From an uncultured Acidobacteriota bacterium (GTDB taxonomy: Bacteria > Acidobacteriota > Thermoanaerobaculia > Gp7-AA8): 64,000 nt of DNA. The notes under the pieces are model-generated. The model had not been told where the DNA came from. It worked only from the letters and a program-made list of their open reading frames with translations, and did no database searches. A program made the position numbers and the translations under genes. The stretch's first letter is position 1; each line of letters begins with the position of its first letter. Location of the stretch: the NCBI GenBank assembly GCA_963822445.1, contig CAWGHO010000003.1, positions 1,728,001-1,792,000 on the forward strand. Reading direction: 5' to 3'. Below, one piece after another: positions 43,092 through 52,052 of the stretch.

Positions 43092-45542
43092 ATGTCTGAG
43101 AATCCCCAATCATTCGACGGTTTCGAGATCGAGCGCGTCCTGGGCAAGGGCGGGATGGGAACTGTCTATCTCGCGCGCGATCAGCGACTTGGCCGTTACG
43201 TCGCGCTCAAGGTCCTCAACGCCAACGAGCTGACTTACGACGACCGCAAGGCGCGCTTCTTCCGGGAGGCGAAGTCAGCCGCGGCCATCCGCCACCCCAA
43301 CGTGGCCACGGTTTACGACGTCGATGAGACCGAGGATGGGCAGCCGTTCATCGTCATGGAGTACTGCGAGGGGGAAACGCTGTCGCAGCGGATCCGCCGG
43401 CGCCCGCTCGATTCCGCGGAGTTCCTTTCGATTGCCCGGCAGATCGCGGCCGGCGTTGCCGCCGCGCACGAAGGGGGCATCATCCACCGCGACATCAAGA
43501 GCGCGAACATCATCGTCGAGTCGAACGGTGTCGCGAAGATTCTCGACTTCGGCCTGGCCAAATCGCTCCCGCGCGCGCTCACCGATCCGGGGCTGGAAAA
43601 AACCTTCGAATCGACCAGCAGCCATTTCTTCGGCACGCTGCATTTCATCTCGCCCGAACAGGCTCGCGGTCAGAACGCCGATCCGCGGAGCGATCTCTTT
43701 TCCGTCGGCGTCGTGCTGTATCACATGGCCTCCGGCCACCTTCCCTTCAATGCCGAAGCGCCGCTGATGGTGCTCGACAAGATCCGCGAGGGAGAACCGG
43801 AACCGTTCGTTCCGCTCGATCCGACCTTTCCGCCGGCGGCCGCGAAAATCATTTCGAAGCTGCTGCAGAAAGATCCCAAGGACCGCTTTCAGACCGCGCG
43901 CGAGCTGCTCTCCGATCTCGAGGAGATCGACACGCCGACGATCCGCATGACCATGTCGACATCGAAGACCATGCTCGGACGGACCGTGCGGCGTGGCTCG
44001 AACCTGATGCGGGCCGCGATCACCCTCTTTGCGGCGCTGCTCGTGGTTGCGGCGATCTTCCTCATCCGCCGCGACGGTGGATTCAACGGCGAGCCCGCCG
44101 TCGAGGCGTCGCGGCCGATCCGTTCGATGGCCGTGCTGCCGCTGCGGAACATCGCCAACAACACCAGCGACGAATTTCTCTCCGTCGGACTCGCCGACGC
44201 GCTGGTCACGAAACTTCAGCAGATCCCCTCGCTGCAGGTTCGCCCGACTTCGGCGGTGCTCGAGTTTCAGGGAGACAAGGTCGACACGAAGAAGGCGACC
44301 CAGAAGCTGAAGGTCGACGGCGTGCTGGAAGGACACTTCCTCGCGGCGGGCGATCTCGTTCGCGTGACGCTCCAGCTGACCGACTCGCGAACGGGCTTCA
44401 GCATCTGGTCGGACACGGTCGACGGACGGCGCGACAACCTGCTCAAACTGATCGACGACGTGTCGACGAGAACCGTCGCCGGTCTGAACGAAAAGATCGG
44501 CGTGCAACAACCGCAGCTCGCGCGATCGCAGGCGCGGTCGTCGAATCCGAAAGCTTACGAGGAGTATCTGAAGGCCCGCGCGCTGAACGGCAGTTTCGTG
44601 CCGCAGCACTTCGCCGATCAGATCGCGGCGCTGAAGCGCGCCATCGCGCTCGATCCGTCATTCGCCGCGGCATACGCGGATCTGGCGACGACGCTTTCCC
44701 TGGGGATCGCGCGCAGCCTCGCCGATCCGACGGACATTCAACGCGCGGAGTGGTATGCACGGCAGGCCGTGCGGCTGGATCCGAATCTTGCCGAGGCTCA
44801 TCTGGCGCTGGGACGCGTGTTCGTTCGCGATCCGGCGCGGTATCGCGAGTCCGTGCGCGAGATCCTGGCCGCGCTGCGTCTGGAAGCGACGGACACGCAG
44901 GCGCTGCATTCGATGGTCACCTACTTCGTATCGACCGGCGACATGCAGAAAGCGCAGTGCATCGGCGACAAGCTGGTGCAGCTCGATCCGATGTCGAACG
45001 AGGCGCGCACGCGGGGCTACTGGTACGTCAACGCGGTCGATCCGGAAGGCGCGCTGCAGAACGCGAGGTTCGCATCCGAAACGGCGGACACCGCTCTCGC
45101 GGCTCACGACATCCGCGGATACGCGGCCCTGCTGCGAGGCGACCTGGCCGCGGCCGAAAAGGAAGCTGACGCCGCGCTGAAGCTCGTCCCCGCCAACTAC
45201 CTTGGCAAGAGCCTCAAAGCGATGAGTGCCGCGGGCCGAGGCGATCGCGCTGCGACGGAAGCCGCGCTGCGGACCTTCGCCGCGGACGCGCAACGGACCC
45301 ACTGGGCCGCGTTCCGCGTCGCGCTCTGCTACGCGAAGCTCGGCGACCGCGACCAGGCCATCACCTGGCTGCAGCGTGCCGCGGCGGCGGGCAATCACAG
45401 CTGGTACGCGCTCATCAAACATCCCTGGCTGCAGGGCCTGCAGGCCGACCCCGAGTTCCAGCAGATCGTCAGCAAGATGAAGTCGGATCTCGACGATGTG
45501 CGCGACGACGTGGTGGGTGTTTATCAGCTGATCTGCCGGTAG
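43092..45542 (+). CDS. Ser/Thr protein kinase with TM, TolB-N-like and TPR domains
   Basis: LGKGGMGTVY, VALK, HRDIKSAN, DFGLAK, ISPEQ; SMAVLPLRN..GLADAL; AYEEYLKA and ALDPSFAAAYA TPRs. Confidence 0.92.
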   Translation: MSENPQSFDGFEIERVLGKGGMGTVYLARDQRLGRYVALKVLNANELTYDDRKARFFREAKSAAAIRHPNVATVYDVDETEDGQPFIVMEYCEGETLSQRIRRRPLDSAEFLSIARQIAAGVAAAHEGGIIHRDIKSANIIVESNGVAKILDFGLAKSLPRALTDPGLEKTFESTSSHFFGTLHFISPEQARGQNADPRSDLFSVGVVLYHMASGHLPFNAEAPLMVLDKIREGEPEPFVPLDPTFPPAAAKIISKLLQKDPKDRFQTARELLSDLEEIDTPTIRMTMSTSKTMLGRTVRRGSNLMRAAITLFAALLVVAAIFLIRRDGGFNGEPAVEASRPIRSMAVLPLRNIANNTSDEFLSVGLADALVTKLQQIPSLQVRPTSAVLEFQGDKVDTKKATQKLKVDGVLEGHFLAAGDLVRVTLQLTDSRTGFSIWSDTVDGRRDNLLKLIDDVSTRTVAGLNEKIGVQQPQLARSQARSSNPKAYEEYLKARALNGSFVPQHFADQIAALKRAIALDPSFAAAYADLATTLSLGIARSLADPTDIQRAEWYARQAVRLDPNLAEAHLALGRVFVRDPARYRESVREILAALRLEATDTQALHSMVTYFVSTGDMQKAQCIGDKLVQLDPMSNEARTRGYWYVNAVDPEGALQNARFASETADTALAAHDIRGYAALLRGDLAAAEKEADAALKLVPANYLGKSLKAMSAAGRGDRAATEAALRTFAADAQRTHWAAFRVALCYAKLGDRDQAITWLQRAAAAGNHSWYALIKHPWLQGLQADPEFQQIVSKMKSDLDDVRDDVVGVYQLICR

Positions 45543-45550
45543 ACCGCCGC

Positions 45551-46507
45551 ATGGCCAAATACGTTACGGCTGCTCTGCTTCTGTCTGTCCTGGCAACCCC
45601 CGTCGCGGCGCAGATCCATTTCGAAGCGGTCATCTCGGGTCACAACGCCCAGATTCAGTTCTTCATCAGCGCGCCCGCCATGCCCTGGGTTCAATGGATC
45701 AATCCAAACGTCGACCAGGCCGGCCTGCCCTTCGCCGTCGCGTCGGCGGACTCGCTCGAAGTCTTCGGTCTGTCGGCCAACGGCGTCTTTCGGGTCACGC
45801 CGAACGGCGCCGTTCCGCTCTTCAACCTGCCGGCGGGGCAGTTCGGACAGGCGATCGCCGTATCCACGAACGGACTGATTTTCGTGTCGACGCGAACCTT
45901 CGTGCCGACCACGCGCCGGCTGCTTGTGTTCACATCTACAGGAACGCTGCAGGCCACGTACGTCCTCGCGGTTTCCGACGATGTCGACGTGATGATTGTC
46001 GGTGCGGACGGATGCACCGTTTTCTACGCCGAAGGAAACGTCATCCACCGCATCAACGGCTGCACCGGCGCGGCGCTGCCTGACTTTGCGACGACGGGAG
46101 GCACGGTCCACGACATCTTCCCGACTGCCGGAGGGCAGTTCCTCGTAACGTCGGGAAGCGACGTCCTCCTGTACGACGGATCAGGAACGCTGGTTCGTAC
46201 CGTGGCCACCATTTCGTCGTACACAAGCGATGCTTCTCTTTCTCCAGGTCAGATCGCGCTCGGCGCCGATGGCCAGACACTCTGGATGACCACCACTGGG
46301 CCGAGCTGCGTTACCGAACCGTTCCTGCTGCGGCTCGCCTTCGACGACGGCGAGGAGCTGTCCCGCCAGGACATCAACATCGACGCGACCACGGGGCTGA
46401 TCCTCAGCGCCAACGGACCGGGCGCGGCGATCCCGACGACGGGGACACTGGCCCTGATTTTCGTCGCCCTGATGATCGCCGCGGCGGGTGTGGTCGTGCT
46501 CAGGTAA
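45551..46507 (+). CDS. secreted beta-propeller-like protein with IPTL-CTERM-like sorting tail
   Basis: Signal peptide; C-terminus AAIPTTGTLALIFVALMIAAAGVVVLR. Confidence 0.65.
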   Translation: MAKYVTAALLLSVLATPVAAQIHFEAVISGHNAQIQFFISAPAMPWVQWINPNVDQAGLPFAVASADSLEVFGLSANGVFRVTPNGAVPLFNLPAGQFGQAIAVSTNGLIFVSTRTFVPTTRRLLVFTSTGTLQATYVLAVSDDVDVMIVGADGCTVFYAEGNVIHRINGCTGAALPDFATTGGTVHDIFPTAGGQFLVTSGSDVLLYDGSGTLVRTVATISSYTSDASLSPGQIALGADGQTLWMTTTGPSCVTEPFLLRLAFDDGEELSRQDINIDATTGLILSANGPGAAIPTTGTLALIFVALMIAAAGVVVLR

Positions 46508-47384
46508 TGGGCGCGCGCACGAGCAATGACGATGGCACCGCCGCGATCTGCAGCGGCGTCTCCAGTTCCACCAGCTCACCATCGACTGATACGCGCATCC
46601 TGCGCCGCGGTGTATCCACGCGCAGATGGGTCGTGCGAACGCTTCGGAATCCCTGCACGTCGACGATCTTGCCGCGCAGATACTTCGCCGCCGCGCCCAC
46701 GAACTGCGGGCGGCTCATGAACTCGAGAGAGTAGATGGTCACGCGGCCGTCGTTGAACGTCGTCTTCGGCGCGACCAGTCCGGATTGCTTCAGGTCGTAC
46801 GCGTTGATGGCCACCACGAACATCTGCGTGCGAAAGGTCTCCACGCGGCCGTCCATCTCCACGACCAGCACAACGTGCGGAAACTGGCGCAGCGCCAGAC
46901 GCGCCGCTTTCGCGTACGCGCGCCACCGGCTGTGCATCGAGCGGAACCGCTCGCGGAACTCGCTCAGCGTCGGATAGATCCCGAGCATCACGCTGTTCAG
47001 GAAGTAGCGTCCGTTCACCCGTCCGACGTCGATCTGCCGCACCTCGCCGCGCAACGCGATCTCCATCGCCGCCTTCCAGTCGTCGAGCGGCAACTCCAGA
47101 TCGCGGGCCAGATGATTCAGGCTGCCAACGGGAACGACACCCAGGACGCCCTCCGTGCCGACGAGGGCTTGCATGACGTGATGCACGCTGCCGTCGCCTC
47201 CGGCCACGACGAACGATTTCAGTCCCGCGTCGAGCGTCTCGCGAACGACGGTGCGCACGTTGACGCCTTCTTTGACTTCCACGACGCGCAAGCCGTTCTC
47301 TTCCGCAACGGTGCGAAGTGCGGATTCATCGGAGGCGGTGAAGGTCCCGGCGCGCGGGTTGAGGAAGAGGACCCCCCGGCGCAT
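46500..47384 (-). CDS. diacylglycerol kinase family (YegS/BmrU-like) lipid kinase
   Basis: FLNPRAG, VAGGDGS, PVGSLNHLARDL, IDVGRVN, SVDGE; TGATG overlap with nadA. Confidence 0.9.
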   Translation of the reverse strand: MRRGVLFLNPRAGTFTASDESALRTVAEENGLRVVEVKEGVNVRTVVRETLDAGLKSFVVAGGDGSVHHVMQALVGTEGVLGVVPVGSLNHLARDLELPLDDWKAAMEIALRGEVRQIDVGRVNGRYFLNSVMLGIYPTLSEFRERFRSMHSRWRAYAKAARLALRQFPHVVLVVEMDGRVETFRTQMFVVAINAYDLKQSGLVAPKTTFNDGRVTIYSLEFMSRPQFVGAAAKYLRGKIVDVQGFRSVRTTHLRVDTPRRRMRVSVDGELVELETPLQIAAVPSSLLVRAPIT

Positions 47385-48370
47385 CAGGCGGTCGCGTCGA
47401 ACATGCGCCGCAGCGCACGCTCCGCCGGAACGCGAATCTCCTCCGGCACTTCCATGTCGTACTGCAGGTATTTGAGAGAGTCGCGCACGTCTTCGAGCGT
47501 CGTCACTTTCATGAACGCGCAGAGCTTGCAGCCCTTGAGGAACTGCTTGTCCGGCACTTCCATGGCCAGGCGGTCGGAGAGACCGCATTCGGTGACGATG
47601 AGGAATCGCGAAGCCGGCCGTTCTTTCGCCCACTTGACCATGCCCGAGGTCGAGAGGACGGCGTCGGCGAGCTTCGCGACGTCGGGACGGCACTCGGGAT
47701 GGACGAGGATCTCCAGTTCGGGATCGGCGGCGCGGATCCGCGCGACTTCTTCCGGCGTGATCTGCTGGTGCACGTAACAGAAGCCGTCCCAGGGAATGAT
47801 GTTCTTCTCCGGAACCTGCTCGGCGACGTGATTGGCGAGATTGCGATCGGGGACGAAGAGGATGTTCTTCGCGTCGAGCGTCCGCACGACTTTCGCTGCA
47901 TTCGCCGAAGTGACGATGATGTCGGAGAGCGCCTTCACCGCCGCGGTGGTGTTCACGTAACTCACGACGGCGAGATCGGGATAGTCCTTCTTCAGCTCCT
48001 CGATCCGGGCCGCGAGATCCTCGGCCGGCGCGGAATCCGCGAGCTGGCATCCGGCCATCAGATTGGGCAGGAGCACGCGCTTCGTGGGATTGACGATCTT
48101 CGCCGTCTCGGCCATGAAGTTCACGCCGCAGAACTCGATGACGTCCGCGTCCGAGACCTTGGAAGCCATGAGCGCGAGCTCGAGCGAATCGCCGACGAAA
48201 TCGGCGACTTTGAGGATCTCCGGACGGTAGTAGTTGTGAGCGACGATGACCGCGTTGCGCTCTTTTTTCAGCGCCCGGATCTCTTCGTGGAGAGCCTCGA
48301 ATTCACGGACTTCCTCCCGCGAGTATTCGTACGTCGATACCCGGCTGAGCTCTTCGTAAAGTGTTGACAT
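47384..48370 (-). CDS. nadA: quinolinate synthase A
   Basis: AHNY, GDSLEL, FCGVNFMAETAK, AGCQLA, YVNT, FVPDRNL, GFCYVH, VHPEC, LST, TE, CAFMK. Confidence 0.95.
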   Translation of the reverse strand: MSTLYEELSRVSTYEYSREEVREFEALHEEIRALKKERNAVIVAHNYYRPEILKVADFVGDSLELALMASKVSDADVIEFCGVNFMAETAKIVNPTKRVLLPNLMAGCQLADSAPAEDLAARIEELKKDYPDLAVVSYVNTTAAVKALSDIIVTSANAAKVVRTLDAKNILFVPDRNLANHVAEQVPEKNIIPWDGFCYVHQQITPEEVARIRAADPELEILVHPECRPDVAKLADAVLSTSGMVKWAKERPASRFLIVTECGLSDRLAMEVPDKQFLKGCKLCAFMKVTTLEDVRDSLKYLQYDMEVPEEIRVPAERALRRMFDATA

Positions 48371-48499
48371 GTCACTTCCTATTTAGCGAATTCGGCGCCA
48401 GCCGGCACGGCCGGCTGCGCAGGTTGCTGCGCCTTGCGGCACGCGCGTCTCTTCCTCACGATCACGGCTTCGGGCGGCGCAGCGCGCCTGACAGCTTGC

Positions 48500-48778
48500 T
48501 TAACGGCGAGCCTCCGAAGCCAGCAGAACCACCGTCGATCCCCACCCGCCACCCGAGGGATCGGCGTCCTCGAAATCGAGGATGAAGTCGAGCTCGCGGA
48601 GCAACGAGCGGATGCGCTCCCGCTGCACGCCGATGCCGCGGCCGTGGATCAGGCGAACCTGCGTCAAGCCGAGGCGGTGGGCCTCGATGAGGTACTCGCG
48701 GGCTACGTCCTTGATCTCGTCCGGACGGAACGGATGCAGGTCCAGGGTGTCGGTGATTGGAATCTCGATGGGGTCCAC
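48500..48778 (-). CDS. stand-alone Smr domain protein
   Basis: TLDLH, VRLIHGRGIG, GGWGSTVV. Confidence 0.88.
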   Translation of the reverse strand: MDPIEIPITDTLDLHPFRPDEIKDVAREYLIEAHRLGLTQVRLIHGRGIGVQRERIRSLLRELDFILDFEDADPSGGGWGSTVVLLASEARR

Positions 48779-48844
48779 GCTGGGCGCATTCTATTGATAT
48801 CGCCCTGTGCGATACTCTCCGTTCACTCAGGAGATCGCGCTCGA

Positions 48845-49975
48845 ATGGTCCTCTTCAACCACGCCACCCGCGAGATGACGGCGAAGATCGTCTACTACGG
48901 CCCCGGCCTGTGCGGAAAAACGACCAATCTCATGGTCATCTTCGACAAGCTCGACCCGAAATCGAAGGGGAAGATGCTGTCGCTGGCGACCAAGACCGAC
49001 CGCACCCTGTTCTTCGATCTCCTGCCCGTCGACATCGGCAAAGTCGGACCATTCAACCTCAAGATCCAGCTCTACACCGTCCCCGGACAGGTCTTCTACA
49101 ACGAGACCCGCAAGCTCGTGCTCAAGGGCGCGGATTCGGTGGTGTTCGTGGCCGATTCGCAGCCGGCGATGGTCGAGGCGAATCGCGAGAGCTTCGCCAA
49201 CCTCCTCGATAATCTCGAAGAGAACCAGATCGATCCGAACGACACGCCGATCGTCATTCAGTACAACAAACGCGACCTGCCCCACGCCATGCCGGTCGAC
49301 AAGCTCGCCGAATCCCTCGGCTTCGAGGGCTATCCCTACACCGAAGCCTCGGCGCTCAAGGGCGACGGCGTCATGGAGACGTTCAAGCTCGTCTCGAAGA
49401 TCACCGCCAAACACCTTTTCGCCAGGCTGAAAGGAAAGAGCGAGCCGATCAAGAAGGCCGCCCTGCCGAAGCCGTCCGCGTCGCAGGTGAAAGCCCGCCC
49501 CGCCCCGGCTCCGATCCCGGAACCCGAGCCGGAGCCGGAGACCGTCGGCAGCGCGATGCTCGACGCCGAGCCGATGTCCGCCGCGCCGAATCCGTTCGCG
49601 GACTCGGTCCCCTTCCCCGACGCCGTTCCCGTAGAGACCGATTACGACGGCGCCGAGGAGGTGTCGCTCGAGCAGCTTCTCGCCGAGGGCCGCAGCCGTC
49701 CGGCGACGATGGCCGGGACGGTGCGCGTGCCGATCGACGACGTGGAGGAGCTGGGAGCGCACGAGCTGGTCGCGATTCCCGATGAGTCCCCCGTCGCCGT
49801 CGCGGTGATGGACGAGGAACCGGTCTCCGCCGGCCGTGCCGACAGCCGCGTGGCCGAGCTCGAAGCCCAGGTCGCCTCGCTCCAGCAGAAGCTCAGCAGC
49901 AGGCAGGACACGCTCGAGCAGATTCTGCGGGAGCTGGATGACATCCGGGCGCGGGTTCAGGCGGAACTTCAATGA
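48845..49975 (+). CDS. MglA-like small Ras-family GTPase with long Pro/acidic tail and coiled coil
   Basis: KIVYYGPGLCGKTTNL, RTLFFD, LYTVPGQVFY, QYNKRD. Confidence 0.88.
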   Translation: MVLFNHATREMTAKIVYYGPGLCGKTTNLMVIFDKLDPKSKGKMLSLATKTDRTLFFDLLPVDIGKVGPFNLKIQLYTVPGQVFYNETRKLVLKGADSVVFVADSQPAMVEANRESFANLLDNLEENQIDPNDTPIVIQYNKRDLPHAMPVDKLAESLGFEGYPYTEASALKGDGVMETFKLVSKITAKHLFARLKGKSEPIKKAALPKPSASQVKARPAPAPIPEPEPEPETVGSAMLDAEPMSAAPNPFADSVPFPDAVPVETDYDGAEEVSLEQLLAEGRSRPATMAGTVRVPIDDVEELGAHELVAIPDESPVAVAVMDEEPVSAGRADSRVAELEAQVASLQQKLSSRQDTLEQILRELDDIRARVQAELQ

Positions 49976-49976
49976 T

Positions 49977-50057
49977 GGTTGTCAGGTTGTCCGGTTGTCG
50001 GGTTGTCAAGTAGCGCAGACACACCCGACAACCTGATAACCCGATAACCTGACAACC
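49977..50057. repeat. inverted array of octamer repeats (GGTTGTCN x4 / YGAYAACC x4)
   Basis: GGTTGTCA GGTTGTCC GGTTGTCG GGTTGTCA ... CGACAACC TGATAACC CGATAACC TGACAACC. Confidence 0.85.
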
Positions 50058-50103
50058 CTGTTATCATCTGCAAATAACAATTCATCGAGGGGGATCCAAA
50101 ACA

Positions 50104-50871
50104 ATGCGCCGCATTCTCATTCTGCTTCTCTGCCTGACCTTCGCTCTCGCCGGCTGTAAAGCCAAGGAAGCAATCGACAAAGCCGACATCTCCAAGGATC
50201 TCGACAAGCGCGGGACGACCGACCTGATGCAGGAGATCGCCAAGGACGAGTACACCGCACCGGAAGACGGGCGGCTCACCGAGGCGCAGATTCAGATGTA
50301 TCTGAAGGTGCGTGAGCACGAGAAGAAGATCGCCCAGGTGGCGAAGGACGAGATGAAGCAGCACGCCCAGAAGGCCGAGAAAGCGGGCGAGAAGTCGCTG
50401 GCCGGCCTCGTCCAGGGTCTGCAGGCCATGGGTTCCGCGGCCGACTTCCTCACCGCCGACCTCCGCGCCGCCAAGGACCTCGGCTACAACACTCAGGAGT
50501 ACGTCTGGGTGAAGGGCCAGATCATGGCCGCCAGCACCACGGCCATGGCCGAGAAGTTCAGCGAAGCGATGACCGCCAACTTCGACACCGCCTATCAGGA
50601 TGCGAAGAAGGCCTACGACGCCGCCACCGACGAGACTACCAAGAAGATGTACGCCGACGTCCTGGCCGGCTACGAGAAGGCCAAGCAGGAGATGAAGCAG
50701 AACACCGACGCCGATCCTGCGGCCACGTTCAACCGCCAGCTCCTCTCGAAGTACGAGAACGCCCTCAACGCCTTCGCCCACGAAATGTCGAAGTACGAAG
50801 ACAAGCCCGGCGACGTGCAGAAGAGCGTGCAGGAATTCGAGCAGAAAGTAGACGAAGCGAAGAAGCAGTAG
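50104..50871 (+). CDS. alpha-helical lipoprotein
   Basis: Lipobox LAGC; helical K/E/A-rich sequence; strongly biased codon usage. Confidence 0.8.
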   Translation: MRRILILLLCLTFALAGCKAKEAIDKADISKDLDKRGTTDLMQEIAKDEYTAPEDGRLTEAQIQMYLKVREHEKKIAQVAKDEMKQHAQKAEKAGEKSLAGLVQGLQAMGSAADFLTADLRAAKDLGYNTQEYVWVKGQIMAASTTAMAEKFSEAMTANFDTAYQDAKKAYDAATDETTKKMYADVLAGYEKAKQEMKQNTDADPAATFNRQLLSKYENALNAFAHEMSKYEDKPGDVQKSVQEFEQKVDEAKKQ

Positions 50872-50874
50872 GCA

Positions 50875-51978
50875 GTGTCCAAGACTCTTCAATGTTCGCG
50901 CTGCGAGTGGCAATCGCCGCTCGCAGCGCTTTTCAATTTGTGCCCGGAATGCAGTGCACCGATTCTTGTGCACTACCACTTCGAGAACGCGCCCCGTCTG
51001 CTCGAGAGAAACGACATGTGGCGCTATCTCGACGTCCTTCCCGTCGATTCGGAGGAGGACGTCGTCACGCTCGGCGAAGGTTTGACGCCGCTGCTTCCGG
51101 CGCGCTCGCGCGACAACGTCTTTATCAAGGACGAATCGAAGAATCCGACGCGGTCGTTCAAGTCGCGAGGGATGGCCGCCGCGGTTTCGATGGCAAAGAA
51201 GCTCGGCGCGAAGAGTCTCGCCGCGCCGACCGCGGGAAACGCCGGCGCCGCGCTCTCGGCATACGGCGCACGAGCGGGTCTGCCGGTCTTCGTGGCCATG
51301 CCGCGCGACACGCCGCAATCGATCGTCGATGAATGCCGCGATTACGGCGCCGCGGTCGAGCTGGTCGAAGGGGTGATCACCGACGCCGCGAAACGCGTCC
51401 AGCAGTTCATCGCTGAAAACGGCGGGTTCGACCTGTCGACGCTCAAAGAGCCCTACCGCGTCGAAGGCAAGAAGATCATGGGCTATGAGCTCCTCCCCGA
51501 CCTCGGCCGCCTCCCCGACGTCATCCTCTATCCCACCGGCGGCGGCACGGGTCTCATCGGCATGTGGAAGGCCTTCGACGAAATGGAGCGCCTCGGCTGG
51601 ATCGACGCGAAGCGCCCGCGGATGTGGACCGTGCAGTCGAGCGGTTGCGCGCCGATCGTGCGCGCGTTCGAGCAGCAGCTCGAGACCGCGCCGGAATGGG
51701 AATCGCCGCAGACCAGCGCGTGGGGCCTGCGCGTGCCGCGTGCGGTCGGTGACCGGCTGATGCTTCGCGCCTTGCGCGATTCCGGCGGCGGGGCGATCGC
51801 CGTCGAGGACGCGAAGATCGAGGACGCCGCGGCCGATCTCCGCCGCCGCGAAGGCGTCGACGCCGGACCTGAGACCGGCGCGGCCTGGCTGGCGCTTAAC
51901 GAGCTGAAGCAGCGCGGTGCGATTGGTGACGATGACCTCGTGGTGGTCTTCAACACCGGCGGCAATAAGTACCGGTGA
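50875..51978 (+). CDS. thrC: threonine synthase (PLP fold type II)
   Basis: N-terminal CxxC..CxxC, TLGEGLTPL, KDESKNPTRSFKSRG, TAGNAG, EPYRVEGKK, YPTGGG, VFNTG. Confidence 0.85.
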   Translation: MSKTLQCSRCEWQSPLAALFNLCPECSAPILVHYHFENAPRLLERNDMWRYLDVLPVDSEEDVVTLGEGLTPLLPARSRDNVFIKDESKNPTRSFKSRGMAAAVSMAKKLGAKSLAAPTAGNAGAALSAYGARAGLPVFVAMPRDTPQSIVDECRDYGAAVELVEGVITDAAKRVQQFIAENGGFDLSTLKEPYRVEGKKIMGYELLPDLGRLPDVILYPTGGGTGLIGMWKAFDEMERLGWIDAKRPRMWTVQSSGCAPIVRAFEQQLETAPEWESPQTSAWGLRVPRAVGDRLMLRALRDSGGGAIAVEDAKIEDAAADLRRREGVDAGPETGAAWLALNELKQRGAIGDDDLVVVFNTGGNKYR

Positions 51979-52052
51979 CTGCGGTCACGCGACGTCTGTC
52001 AACGTAATCGCTACACTGACCGTCGAATCCCACGATCAACTTTGGAGACTCG

